A stretch of 64,000 nucleotides of DNA, taken from contig CM022668.1 in NCBI GenBank assembly GCA_012295275.1, positions 8,494,001 to 8,558,000 of the forward strand, read 5' to 3'. The stretch's first letter is position 1; each line of letters starts with the position of its first letter. Made by a program: the position numbers and the translations under genes. The stretch is from Chrysomallon squamiferum (Eukaryota > Animalia > Mollusca). The notes under the pieces are model-generated. The model searched no databases and was not told the origin of the DNA. It was given only the letters and a program-made list of their open reading frames with translations. Shown piece by piece: positions 1 to 64,000 of this stretch.

Positions 1-89
<89 letters not shown>
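1..89. repeat. (AG)n microsatellite
   Basis: Pure AG run at the window start. Confidence 0.98.
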
Positions 90-91
<2 letters not shown>

Positions 92-174
92 ATTTAATGT
101 CAGATAGAGGTATTCTTTATCTGTTGGTTTTTTTGGAGTAAGTATATTATTTATTTTTGTTTTTGTTTTTTCAG

Positions 175-20864
<20,690 letters not shown>

Positions 20865-23056
20865 CTGTCTTAATTACTACTATCAAAAAACATAGAGGTA
20901 ACAATAGCTTATCATTTTATTACACCTCTGTCAATTTACAATTAAAGGAAGAAGAAAATGTTATTTTAATTAAATAATAATGATAATGATAATGATAATA
21001 ATGATAATAATAATGTTTCTGTTGGGTGTATGATACTCAAAAAGAAACAAATCAATGCAAAAATAGCTCATGAATTTTCATTCAGTCAGTTTTTCTCTCT
21101 CTCTCTCCTTCTTTCTCAAACACACATGCACAGGCACATTTAATTCACCATTAAATATTAAAATTAACTGAAATGTTTTTCCTTTCCAGATTTAATGCTG
21201 AATGATGAAAAACATTATCTTTTAAAACACAACAGAAACAGTTAGTAAAATTACTGTCATGCAGAAAAACTGCACTCTAAAATATTTACTTACCAAATCA
21301 CTAATATGTCCTCACAACCTTAACTTTGAAAATAAATATTTACTAATCTTGGATAGTTTCTTGTTGTTTTTTCCATGATAATTCAACCGGTCATTTTAAT
21401 ATAATTATTATTATTATTATTTTTCAAATATGGATGTGTCAAGTTAAAAATTTAAAATGTTAGAAAGCAAGAAATATGTTTAATTTTCAAAATGTTAGCA
21501 GCAGATGTTGAATGAGGATATCAATTTGAAATCTGATATCTGCTGTTCATACTCATTTAGATTAAAGGTTCCCAGAGATTTGCTAAATTAGGTTTCAGAC
21601 TTTGTCAGCAATAGAAGTAGTAAGTTATCCAAATTTTGTCAGTGGCATTCTGAGTGCAAGGTTGTAGCTGGTTGTAGCCATGTACTTATACTCTTAGCAA
21701 ATCAAAAGAACAAAATGGACACAAGAATATGGTGTGCCATGACTAATTTAATTTATTATTTATTTTATTAAGCTTATTAGGCTTGCTATATTTCTCTTAA
21801 ATGAAAGAAAAGAGAAAAGGCAATAATGATTCAACAGTCAAAATGATTTTGATATTCAAGAAGAAAATGATTATTTAAAAATATAGTACCTCATAATAAC
21901 TGTGATCTTGACACGAAAGTTTTATTGTTTTAATATTTAAAATAATTTTCTTCACAGGAATATTTGCCACCACAGCAATGCTGATCATTATATTAGCATG
22001 ATCAAAGGCACTATTCCATAGCCACTTTTAATAATGGGAACCTATTAACAAATTTAAAAAAAAAAATTTAATTCACTTTTATTATTTAGGTCAAAGAGGC
22101 TGGAAATCATAATTTGCATTGTTGATATAATTTTAATAAAACACGCCTGCAGATACAATAATATATTTTATTTAATAAACTGAAATTTTACAAATACAGC
22201 TTATTACAAACACTGTGTTATGATGTTTGATGGTGGGGATATATCTGTAGAAGTAATTAGAGTTGGAATTTAGTGGAAGTAAAAAAGAAAAGATGGTAAA
22301 GCTTAGGAAATCAGACTACTTTATGGAAAATAAACTCAGTAAAAATAAGTGATATATTTATGATGATTTATGAAGTTCAGAATATAATATTATCCACAAA
22401 ATATGTGTCCTCACTCACCGTTACACAATATTTCTTTAGATGTAATGCTGTCTTTTAATGCATAAAGTTGGTTGTAAATGTCAATTATTTTTCATTATCA
22501 GTTTCATCATTGTGTAAATTATAATTAAAAATGGCTTTGTTGAAAAACATGTCAGAAAGTCATTTATGGATACTGGCAGGACTTTATAACATAAATTAAA
22601 TTCACTTTTGACACTACTTCCAGCAGAGCTGAAGTACCCAGCTTTATTCTAATCTACAACAGCATTTTCCTTTTTAATTTCTGTGAACTTGCAAATTATG
22701 ATTTGATGTTGGCACCCGCTTACTATAATGCAGACAAAAATAATTTTATCAAAACAATTAATATAAGCAAAACAAATGGTATCTCAGAAGTTTAAACCAG
22801 ATGATCACAAATAATACAATTTATGTATTTAGTTTTTCTCACTATACTTTTACAGTAACTATTCGTATTATTTATTTGCACTTGTTCCAAAGTCTTTCTA
22901 GACCAAACAATCATAATAACTATTCAACAATGTAATACTCAGCAACTAAAAATGTACCAGGTAAATAAACAAATATTAACAGAAAATCAAACTAAATGAA
23001 ACATATTACTTGGTACACTTAGGACAGGCAGGATTAATAAAATGAAATTAAATTAA

Positions 23057-23123
<67 letters not shown>
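23057..23123. repeat. (AAT)n microsatellite
   Basis: Directly visible; other AAT/ACT-rich tracts at ~560-740, 1617-1800 and 23750-23965. Confidence 0.95.
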
Positions 23124-23129
<6 letters not shown>

Positions 23130-23751
23130 TAAATAAAAAAATAAATAAATGTAAAAAGTGAAATAAAATAAATGTTAATTAATTAAGTTCAAATGCTTAG
23201 TCCTAATTTAAAATTAAATGTTATCTAAACATCACTACGAAAGCTAATGGCTGCTAGGGGTGTAAAAAAAAAAAAAAAAAAAAAAAAAATATTTCAAGAA
23301 AACAACAACAAAAAAAGTTTTTAAAATTTTTAATCTAATATTATAGTTTACTCACTAAGAAAAAATCTTACATTAAGTCCCCAAAATTTGGAATATTTTT
23401 CATTGTTATATCTAAATTATCTTAGATCTAAACTAGTTATTATTTGTTTATTTATTTATTTATTTATTTATTTTTTTGGCATAGTCAGCTGTAAAGTGCA
23501 AAGACCCATGATAATTATAAAAATTGGTTTTGTACATTCTTGTTTGTTGGAATTTAGTATAATAGGATATTCAAAAGGAAAAATAAAATAAATAAATAAT
23601 AAATAAATAAATACTACTATTACTACTACTACTACTACTATTTCATTTAAAAAATATGAATAAAATATAAATATAATTTGAATTAATATGAGTTATATAA
23701 GAGAAAAGATTTCAGAAATGCAAATACTCAAATATTTATCAATTGCATAAA

Positions 23752-23800
<49 letters not shown>

Positions 23801-24482
23801 TAATAATAATAATAATAAAACAGTAAAAATAATAAATATAAAAATAGTAATAATTTGATGATTATGGTAATAGTAATAGTAGTAGTAATAATAATAATAA
23901 TAGCAATAATAATAATAATAATAACAGTAACAACAACAATAATAACAACAGTGGTAGTAGTAGTAAAATTAGTGTTGCTGCAGCTGCCATCTTTCTCACA
24001 CACATATACAGAGAGATATACAAATACATCACAAACATGTCCACAGCAGGCATGCAATTTATTTTATTAACACATAAAACTGTAAACTAAAATTTATTAA
24101 TGAAAAAACAAATTACCAAAACCTGGCTAAATAACCGCACAAGTTAGCTACATGTTAACAAAAACTGAAACAACTGATACATTATAACACAACTTAACTA
24201 ACCAGCACATTTCACTGTTAGTAATTATGACATGGTTTTAAAAATGCTGATTATTTAAAGGATAAACTGTTACCATTGTAACTGATATGGATACATTGGG
24301 ATAAATTAGATTTATATGTACTATACAACAGACTGGAATGTACATGCCAAAGCTTTTAAATAAAACATTTAAACATTTTATAAACAAATAAGTTTATATA
24401 AAAAAAAAAAAAAAAAAAAACAAAAACAAATAAGTAGTAAATAAATAAATGCTATTAACATAGTATCAGCAATAAACTACCC

Positions 24483-24544
<62 letters not shown>

Positions 24545-24798
24545 GTGAACAGGATATTATAATAGATACTTTTGTTATACCCTGAACCAGTATTTTTAAC
24601 CAGCATTTACAAATTTTATCATCATCATTATAGCATATTTTATTTGTTTTTTTATCATCCAACGCTAGTTAATATCAAAAGTTTAGCATCAAAGAAAAAA
24701 GCAATTACAGTTAAAATGTATCTGGGAACATCCATTGTTTTGTAGTAGTAGTACATCTTAAACTAATTGTATTTTTTATTTAGTTTTTCTTAAGTTAT

Positions 24799-27216
24799 CA
24801 GTTCAGTGTGCGTGTGGTCACTGTAAGTGTTAATACAGTTCAGTGTGCGTGTGGTCACTGCAAGTGTTCATACAGTTCAGTGTGCGTGTGGTCACTGCAA
24901 GTGTTCATACAGTTCAGTGTGCATGTGGTCACTGCAAGTGTTAATACAGTTCAGTGTGCGTGTGGTCACTGCAAGTGTTCATACAGTTCAGTGTGCGTGT
25001 GGTCACTGCAAGTGTTAATACAGTTCAGTGTGCATGTGGTCACTGCAAGTGTTAATACAGTTCAGTGTGCGTGTGGTCACTGCAAGTGTTCATACAGTTC
25101 AGTGTGCGTGTGGTCACTGCAAGTGTTAATACAGTTCAGTGTGCGTGTGTGGTCACTGCAAGTGTTAATACAGTTCAGTGTGCGTGTGGTCACTGCAAGT
25201 GTTAATACAGTTCAGTGTGCGTGTGGTCACTGCAAGTGTTAATACAGTTCAGTGTGCGTGTGGTCACTGCAAGTGTTCATACAGTTCAGTGTGCGTGTGG
25301 TCACTGCAAGTGTTAATACAGTTGTGTGCGTGTGGTCACTGCAAGTGTTAATACAGTTCAGTGTGCGTGTGGTCACTGCAAGTGTTAATACAGTTCAGTG
25401 TGCGTGTGGTCACTGCAAGTGTTAATACAGTTCAGTGTGCGTGTGGTCACTGCAAGTGTTCATACAGTTCAGTGTGCGTGTGGTCACTGCAAGTGTTAAT
25501 ACAGTTCAGTGTGCGTGTGGTCACTGCAAGTGTTAATACAGTTCAGTGTGCGTGTGGTCACTGCAAGTGTTAATACAGTTCAGTGTGCGTGTGGTCACTG
25601 CAAGTGTTCATACAGTTCAGTGTGCGTGTGGTCACTGCAAGTGTTAATACAGTTCAGTGTGCGTGTGGTCACTGCAAGTGTTAATACAGTTCAGTGTGCG
25701 TGTGGTCACTGCTGCAAGTGTTAATACAGTTCAGTGTGCGGTGTGGTCACTGCAAGTGTTAATACAGTTCAGTGTGTGTGGTCACTGCAAGTGTTAATAC
25801 AGTTCAGTGTGTGTGTGGTCACTGCAAGTGTTAATACAGTTCAGTGTGCGTGTGGTCACTGCAAGTGTTCATACAGTTCAGTGTGCGTGTGGTCACTGCA
25901 AGTGTTAATACAGTTCAGTGTGCGTGTGGTCACTGCAAGTGTTAATACAGTTCAGTGTGCGTGTGGTCACTGCAAGTGTTAATACAGTTCAGTGTGCGTG
26001 TGGTCACTGCAAGTGTTCATACAGTTCAGTGTGCATGTGGTCACTGCAAGTGTTCATACAGTTCAGTGTGCGTGTGGTCACTGCAAGTGTTCATACAGTT
26101 CAGTGTGCGTGTGGTCACTGCAAGTGTTAATACAGTTCTGTGTGCGTGTGGTCACTGCAAGTGTTAATACAGTTCTGTGTGCGTGTGGTCACTGCAAGTG
26201 TTAATACAGTTCAGTGTGTGTGGTCACTGCAAGTGTTAATACAGTTCAGTGTGTGTGTGGTCACTGCAAGTGTTAATACAGTTCAGTGTGTGTGGTCACT
26301 GCAAGTGTTAATACAGTTCAGTGTGCGTGTGGTCACTGCAAGTGTTAATACAGTTCAGCGTGTGGTCACTGCAAGTGTTAATACAGTTCAGTGTGTGTGG
26401 TTCAAGTGTTAATACAGTTCAGTGTGTGTGTGGTCACCTGCAAGTGTTAATACAGTTCAGTGTGCGTGTGGTCACTGCAAGTGTTAATACAGTTCAGTGT
26501 GCGTGGTCACTGCAAGTGTTAATACAGTTCAGTGCGTGTGGTCACTGCAAGTGTTAATACAGTTCAGTGTGTGTGGTCACTGCAAGTGTTAATACAGTTC
26601 AGTGTGCGTGTGGTCACTGCAAGTGTTAATACAGTTCAGTGCGTGTGGTCACTGCAAGTGTTAATACAGTTCAGTGTGTGTGGTCACTGCAAGTGTTAAT
26701 ACAGTTCAGTGTGCGTGTGGTCACTGCAAGTGTTAATACCGTTCAGTGTGCGTGTGGTCACTGCAAGTGTTAATACAGTTCAGTGCGTGTGGTCACTGCA
26801 AGTGTTAATACAGTTCAGTGTGTGTGTGGTCACTGCAAGTGTTAATACAGTTCAGTGTGCGTGTGGTCACTGCAAGTGTTCATACAGTTCAGTGTGCGTG
26901 TGGTCACTGCAAGTGTTAATACAGTTCAGTGTGCGTGTGGTCACTGCAAGTGTTAATACAGTTCAGTGTTCGTGTGGTCACTGCAAGTGTTAATACAGTT
27001 CAGTGTGCGTGTGGTCACTGCAAGTGTTAATACAGTTCAGTGTGCGTGTGGTCACTGCAAGTGTTAATACAGTTCAGTGTGTGTGGTCACTGCAAGTGTT
27101 AATACAGTTCAGTGTGTGTGTGGTCACTGCAAGTGTTCATACAGTTCAGTGTGTGTGTGGTCACTGCAAGTGTTCATACAGTTCAGTGTGTGTGTGGTCA
27201 CTGCAAGTGTTAATAC
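24799..27216. repeat. 37-bp satellite, ~65 copies
   Basis: Unit cagttcagtgtgcgtgtggtcactgcaagtgtt(a/c)ata. Highly homogeneous, with 35-bp TG-slippage variants concentrated in the 3' half. Confidence 0.97.
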
Positions 27217-27795
27217 ATAATGGCAGTGTTCAAATATTTTCAGTAATATTATTAAACTGTTTTATTTAGTTGATTATGATTACATTAAATTATTCAGAGG
27301 CTGAAATAAGTTTTTGGACATTAATTCCAACAACAACACTGTAGCAAATTAATAACAAAAATATTTGATTATAACAAATACAACAAAATTAAAGGCACTG
27401 ACATAACATTTTTTTATTATTATTTTTTAAATTTAATTTTAAAGATTTTCAAGAAAAAATGATAACAAAAATAATGGCAGTCACAAAAAGCACACACAAC
27501 CCACATATCTCCATTTTAGGGCATTTTCACTATTTTGTATGTCATTAAAAATAAAACAATCCTCTTAAATATAACACATTGTGTTCTATGTTGCAGTATC
27601 ACAGAATTAATTGGAATGTTCTGTTTGTTTATACAAATCATACACTTTGATAATTATTATTATTTGATGTTTATCTATAAACTGTTGGGTATTTATTTTG
27701 AACAGCTGTTCCTACAAATAATTTTGAGACACAACTCTTTTTGTAATTAGGACTGTTTGGCATTTTTATTTATTATCATTTTTTTAAATATTTGT

Positions 27796-27852
<57 letters not shown>

Positions 27853-29128
27853 AATGTCACAAAGTTGAACTGTTTGAGCTATGCCACCACATTCAAGTCA
27901 CATATATATCTTTGAGCAAATGAAATTACCTGAATTCCAGTTCATTTTAATAACAACACAGTGGAATTTAAATGTACTTTACCTCACTACAAACTTAAAC
28001 ACACACACAAACATACACACATACCTACACATGCATACATACAGATAACATAATTAAATATAAACATACTTATTACTTACTTACATATTCAGATATATAC
28101 ATACATACATGCAAACATTCATATATATCTGAATATGTACAGATATAAACACATACACTCATACACTTTGTACCAGCTGTCTTGAAGTAATTGTGTAACA
28201 ATATAAAACTAAACAAAATTAAACAAAAACACATATGAAAAAACTAAAATAATAACAAAATAAAAATTCAAAAAAATAAAATGACTCCAACACTCCTTGA
28301 AAAATTAAATAATGAGAACATATACATATAGGACTAAACTGTCAATGAACAACAGTAATAATAACAATAACAATAAATAAATAAATGAATAAATATAGTG
28401 GAACGATAACATTAACATTATTGCACATCAGGGTTTGTGTAGTTAAAGCTTAAAAATGTTGACATCAGCTAACATCTATTAACATTTTTATTTTACTTCC
28501 AAGTGCTTGTTTTACTTTTATTTTTTGCTTTTGTTAATTTATTTTATATATTTATTTATTTATTTATTTATTTTATGTTTTAATTTTGTTAGTTTACACA
28601 TGGCAGATGAACAGATAATTTAAATTTGTTTTATGTGGTTGTTTTCTTGGTAATTCTTATTAAATTAAAATAAAATACTGATAGTTTTAGCATTTGTGCA
28701 GTCTTATCAGTGTTATCAGTCAGGTTGTCTCCCTTCCCTCAATACTGCCCCTTTGGTAAGTAATACTAATAGCTTTGTATCACTCTTCATTTAGGAAGAC
28801 AAATAAAACCCCTTTTATAAAATTAAGTAATAATAAATTAAATAAATGCACTGATAAATACTGCAAGGAATTAATTTGAAATATAGTAATAATAATAATA
28901 TAACAGTGTGTTTGAGTTTTCACTGTAATAACTAAACATGTATTCATTATAAAAATGTGGCAAATAACAGTATTGTTATAAAATTTCTTTTGAAAAACAA
29001 AACAAAAAACCCTGGCAGATGTATGCACAAAATGTGTCTGAGTAAATGTGTGCTTGTTTGTTCATATGTACGTGAGTGTGCACTCTATATACAGTGTTTT
29101 CTGTTGTATGCTTATGTTCCGTTCATAT

Positions 29129-29169
<41 letters not shown>

Positions 29170-29433
29170 GTTAAATATAAAGGAAACACAGGAGATTACT
29201 TTGTCCTTAACAATAACTATTTTATAGAGAGATATTAAGACATAACTTGTCTCTATCAGATAAGAATAAATGATTAATTCACAATGCTACCATTATATTT
29301 AGTCGTTTTAATTATAAGAATGAAAAATAATGAAAAAAAGTAAATTATTTCCATCTCAATTGAATTCTGTTCTTTGTTAACAAAATAATTATTTTCTTCT
29401 TGTAAAATAAAAAAAACATAAAAAAAAGTTGGG

Positions 29434-58119
<28,686 letters not shown>

Positions 58120-60272
58120 GTCACAAAGAAAATTCCTAATTAAAGTATTTTAATTTGGTGAAAAGATAATAATATTGTAAACATTCACAGCTGGGGTTTT
58201 AAATCCTTTAAAAAATCCAATATTAACAGTATTTGTTTTAGGCTTTGCTTTGGTTTTTAAAACAAAATTCAGGTGTATTTTTAATATATTCAAATATATT
58301 TAAAAGTAGCAAAAATGTCTGAATTTACAAAAGTCATATAAATTCTTTATTTGTGGAAGATGCAGGATAATGAAGTGCCATATGTGTACTTACTGGTGGT
58401 CACTATTATTACTATTTTATGTTCATATTCAGACATATGATACTGTACACAATATTTCTGTAATATATTCTATACTGTATTCAGCCATGTTAGATGCAAT
58501 CAATATTAATATTATATGAAGCATAAATAATGAAACATTTTTTATTTTTTTATCATACATGTGTAAGCCAATTTCACAGAATTATACTGCTGATAGAGAA
58601 GTATTTATAAATATATATTATAAATGAAAATAGCATGTCTCTGCCTATATCATATATATGGATGGTTGTATACATTTGCATCTGTTCACATATAAAATTA
58701 CACAGAACTTTTAACTTCTTCATTTAACAGCTCATTTCTATATTAAATAACTGATTTTACCATAACAATCTGTCACCAAAGACAGTCCTATCATTATATA
58801 GAAACATTAACAAAATCAACAAAATAAGATTCCTATGTTTTCAGCTAAAGTTGTAACAGTAACAGTGTAACAAAAATATTTTGTGGCAGATGATAGATAA
58901 AAAAGTATTTTATTTTTCAACTATGGAAACAGCAAATAGAATGTCACCCTTTAGTTCTGCAGGATGAAAAATAAAGTAACAGTTAATAAAAGTAACTGAT
59001 TTCCATGTCATATTAAACTAAATAATACAGAATAATTTTATTAATTAATCTACATAGTTTAAAAAAAATAATAAATATATAAATATATTGCAAAATTAGA
59101 AATGAAATATTTATTTAGTTATTATATTAAATAAAAACAAATAATTTAGACAAAAATAGCTAAATATGAACAGAAAAAATTATTATTACTTATTTACTAT
59201 TTTCTGTTTGTAAAAAATTGATTTTTAATACATCTATCTAACTCTTTACTATGTTTATAACAGCAACTCAATAGATAAGAATATTTTCCCAAAATTTGCT
59301 AAATGAAATGAAAATATTTAATTTAAAGATCAAGCATTTCACATTCACCTATTAAATTATTTATTCTCTTTGATGGAAAACCACACCTATGAGTCAGTGT
59401 ATTTGAATAGTAGTTCATTATTCTTTTATATCAGCCTTTAAATTAAATTCATCATACATTTATTTTGTTTTTTAAAAATGCAATGGACATCTATCTATCT
59501 ATATATATATAATAATATATATACATATATTGATATAATGATATATACACTTTCAATTGAGCATGTTACTTTTTACATGTTAATTTTAGAAAACCAAAAA
59601 AAAATGTTATAGTTATCTGTAAAAATAGGTTAGATAATTCATTACTGGGGATAAATATTCAGTGTAAACAAATTTTAAAATAAAGAAAAACTTTAAAATG
59701 AACAAAAACAAACAAACCATTTGGAACCATCTTTGTTGGTTCAGATTTTTCACCTGAAGTTTGGGTTAAAGCCCCGTAACTGCTCATCCTATAGGTCACA
59801 GCTTAGGAAACCATACTGAACAGAACTCAGCCCTTTCACTCTTTCAGCGAGATAATATACCATTTGACGTCACTGTATTTGACACTTGCAGATAATTCTG
59901 TCAAATGTGCAAGTCGTTCAAATCCACCACACGCTGTTGTGGAAACTTGTTTTATTTGATGCACTGAAAACAAATGATTAAAATGGTCAAAGCAATAAAG
60001 TGAACGTTTGCAAATACTATATATTCACGAATGTTAATTATAACTTGACATTAAAAACAGAAAACAAAAGTGTTAAAACTTGTAAACTCTCATCGCCATC
60101 TTCAAGGAAAACAACACAAAAAGAGAGTAGTCTCCCATCAAATAAGAATTATTATTTATATTCCACCATTGTAAATGTTCACTGAAGTTTAGCGAATCCA
60201 TGTATTATTTGTATAGATATAAAAACTTGTTTTTTTTTTTCTTTTTTGTTCTGTTGTTTTGTTAGACACCAC

Positions 60273-60274
<2 letters not shown>

Positions 60275-60339
<65 letters not shown>
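60275..60339. repeat. (CT)n microsatellite
   Basis: Directly visible. Confidence 0.97.
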
Positions 60340-60342
<3 letters not shown>

Positions 60343-60389
60343 AATATCTGACCGATTAAAATTTCTAAATAAACAATAAAATTTATAAA

Positions 60390-60581
60390 TTAACTTCGAA
60401 CTTATGTAACTTCGAACACTAAATTCGTGAGAACTTCGATCAGGAGTTTGAACAATGCTTTTACTTTCGAACTGCGCGAATAGTGAAAATAAAGCCCTCT
60501 CTGTGTAAATGCCATCGGCAAACCATCTCTTGCGTTTTCTGTCATATATTCCGTGCTAATTATTATTATTATTATTATTAT

Positions 60582-60628
<47 letters not shown>

Positions 60629-60770
60629 TTAAACAAAAAAGTTTAATAATATCTGGTACCCGCTGTTTATCTGTATTATTATGAAGACGACATCGGATAC
60701 AGGGCGGACCGATGACGGTCACGACTGCAGTTATTAAAGGGTAAACTGGCAACATTGAAATGCTGCATAA
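60390..60770 (-). promoter_or_regulatory. CpG-enriched island; candidate promoter or first (UTR) exon of the SLC15 gene
   Basis: CpG density rises sharply (ttcgaa x3, tgcgcgaa, atcggatacagggcggaccgatgacgg, with a GC-box-like gggcgg) relative to the CpG-poor 21-59 kb region. It sits between the SLC22 stop and the first SLC15 coding exon. No TSS evidence is available. Confidence 0.35.
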
Positions 60771-61766
60771 AAACTGTTTTTGTTGTTACATTTAAAAATA
60801 ATTTTTAAAAATGAATAGAAATATAATAATATAAAATTATGAAGAATACATATTTTCTGTAAAATCATTTATATCACCTTAATAAATTACTGTGCGTATC
60901 AGTTACTAAACTGTAGTATGAATTTGTGATTAAGAATAACATATATATGTATGTATTGTTTCGTGCAAAACGAATTTTTATTTATGTATTGCTGTTCGTC
61001 TTCTTTTACTTTATTATCATTTTATCACCATCATCTTATTAGTATAATAATATTATTATTATTGAAATTAGGGTGCCATGTTTGTTAATCAAACAATATT
61101 TCCATTTTGAGTGATATTTTGAACGTGTTATATGAGCTGGTTTGGCTTTTATGTGTGTGCGTTTTGCTTATTTTTAATTGTATTGTGCTGTATTATATTG
61201 TTGCAAATATTAGAAAACAAAACTAACAAAAAATTACTAAAATATAGAAAATATTTTTTATTTTCAAAATTCTAAAGCAAGAAACTAAGATATAAAGCGT
61301 ACATAGTTTATTAATATTAGTAGAATAATATCAAATGATATCAAATATATGTGCTATATTCATACACGTTTCAGCTAATACTATTGAATATATAACAAAC
61401 AAGGTTCATGTAATATCATTAAAAAATAAAACAATATAAAAGTATATTTATTACCTTTATATACCAAACGTCAAGTAGAACAAAAATAATCAAGTCATTT
61501 TTTATTAGTAGTAGTAGTACTATTATTATTATTGTTATTATTATTATTATAAACGTTCCCAACCCTTTGAAAGTTATTTTATTTTATTTTACTTTATTTA
61601 GATAAGAATAAGCCTCTATAAGAAAGTAAGTCAACGGGTAGCATATCTGTAGTTAATAAGTTGAAGACGACATGGAATTAAATTTCGTAGAAACAAAAAT
61701 ATCTGACATTACACATATTATCTCCCTGAATGTTCGTACTGAATTTTACAGTGACCAATGTTTAGT

Positions 61767-63808
<2,042 letters not shown>

Positions 63809-64000
63809 CTGAAATTATAGTAGTCGTTGTTGTAGTAATAAAAGATATGGTGGTAGTGCAAATAGTATTAGTAATTGTGATAGAAGTAGCCATTTTGTAG
63901 TAATTGTAGCAGTTTCAATAGTAATGGTTGTGGCTGCAGTAGAAGTTGTAGTTGTTGAAGTAGTAGTAATAATGATAGACATCGTAATAACTTGAGAAGG

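Noticed and set aside
24808-27269. Cys-rich ORFs (VQCACGHCKC..) that resemble metallothionein or zinc-finger repeats
   Set aside because: They are translations of the 37-bp satellite. The same peptide cycles through all three frames, with frequent TAA and no exon structure.
60390-60480. Clustered ttcgaa/gaacttcg motifs as heat-shock elements
   Set aside because: The spacing does not fit three alternating nGAAn pentamers.

Overview
AT-rich, microsatellite-rich animal genomic DNA with spliceosomal GT-AG introns. It looks lophotrochozoan or mollusc-like, but the taxon cannot be fixed from the sequence. Almost all entries in the supplied ORF track are low-complexity or satellite artefacts; the real genes had to be read exon by exon. 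(1) + strand, 175-20864: the 3' part of a large cysteine-rich gene with 30 one-module, phase 1-1 EGF-like exons. Of these, 25 lie in a very recent ~1.86-kb tandem array of a 3-exon cassette (8 full copies plus one leading exon). Two ShKT-like exons and a stop follow. (2) - strand, ~58119-29434: an apparently complete 23-exon SLC15/PepT-type proton-coupled oligopeptide transporter (~744 aa). Its introns carry a decayed MULE transposon with TIRs and TSD, a TA-flanked element, and minisatellites whose repeat unit is a copy of the neighbouring splice junction. The largest is a 5.7-kb array built from the YYGLR|GT donor. (3) - strand, 63808-61767: the last five exons of an SLC22-family transporter, with a duplicated in-frame acceptor. 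A homogeneous 37-bp satellite lies between the convergent genes 1 and 2.
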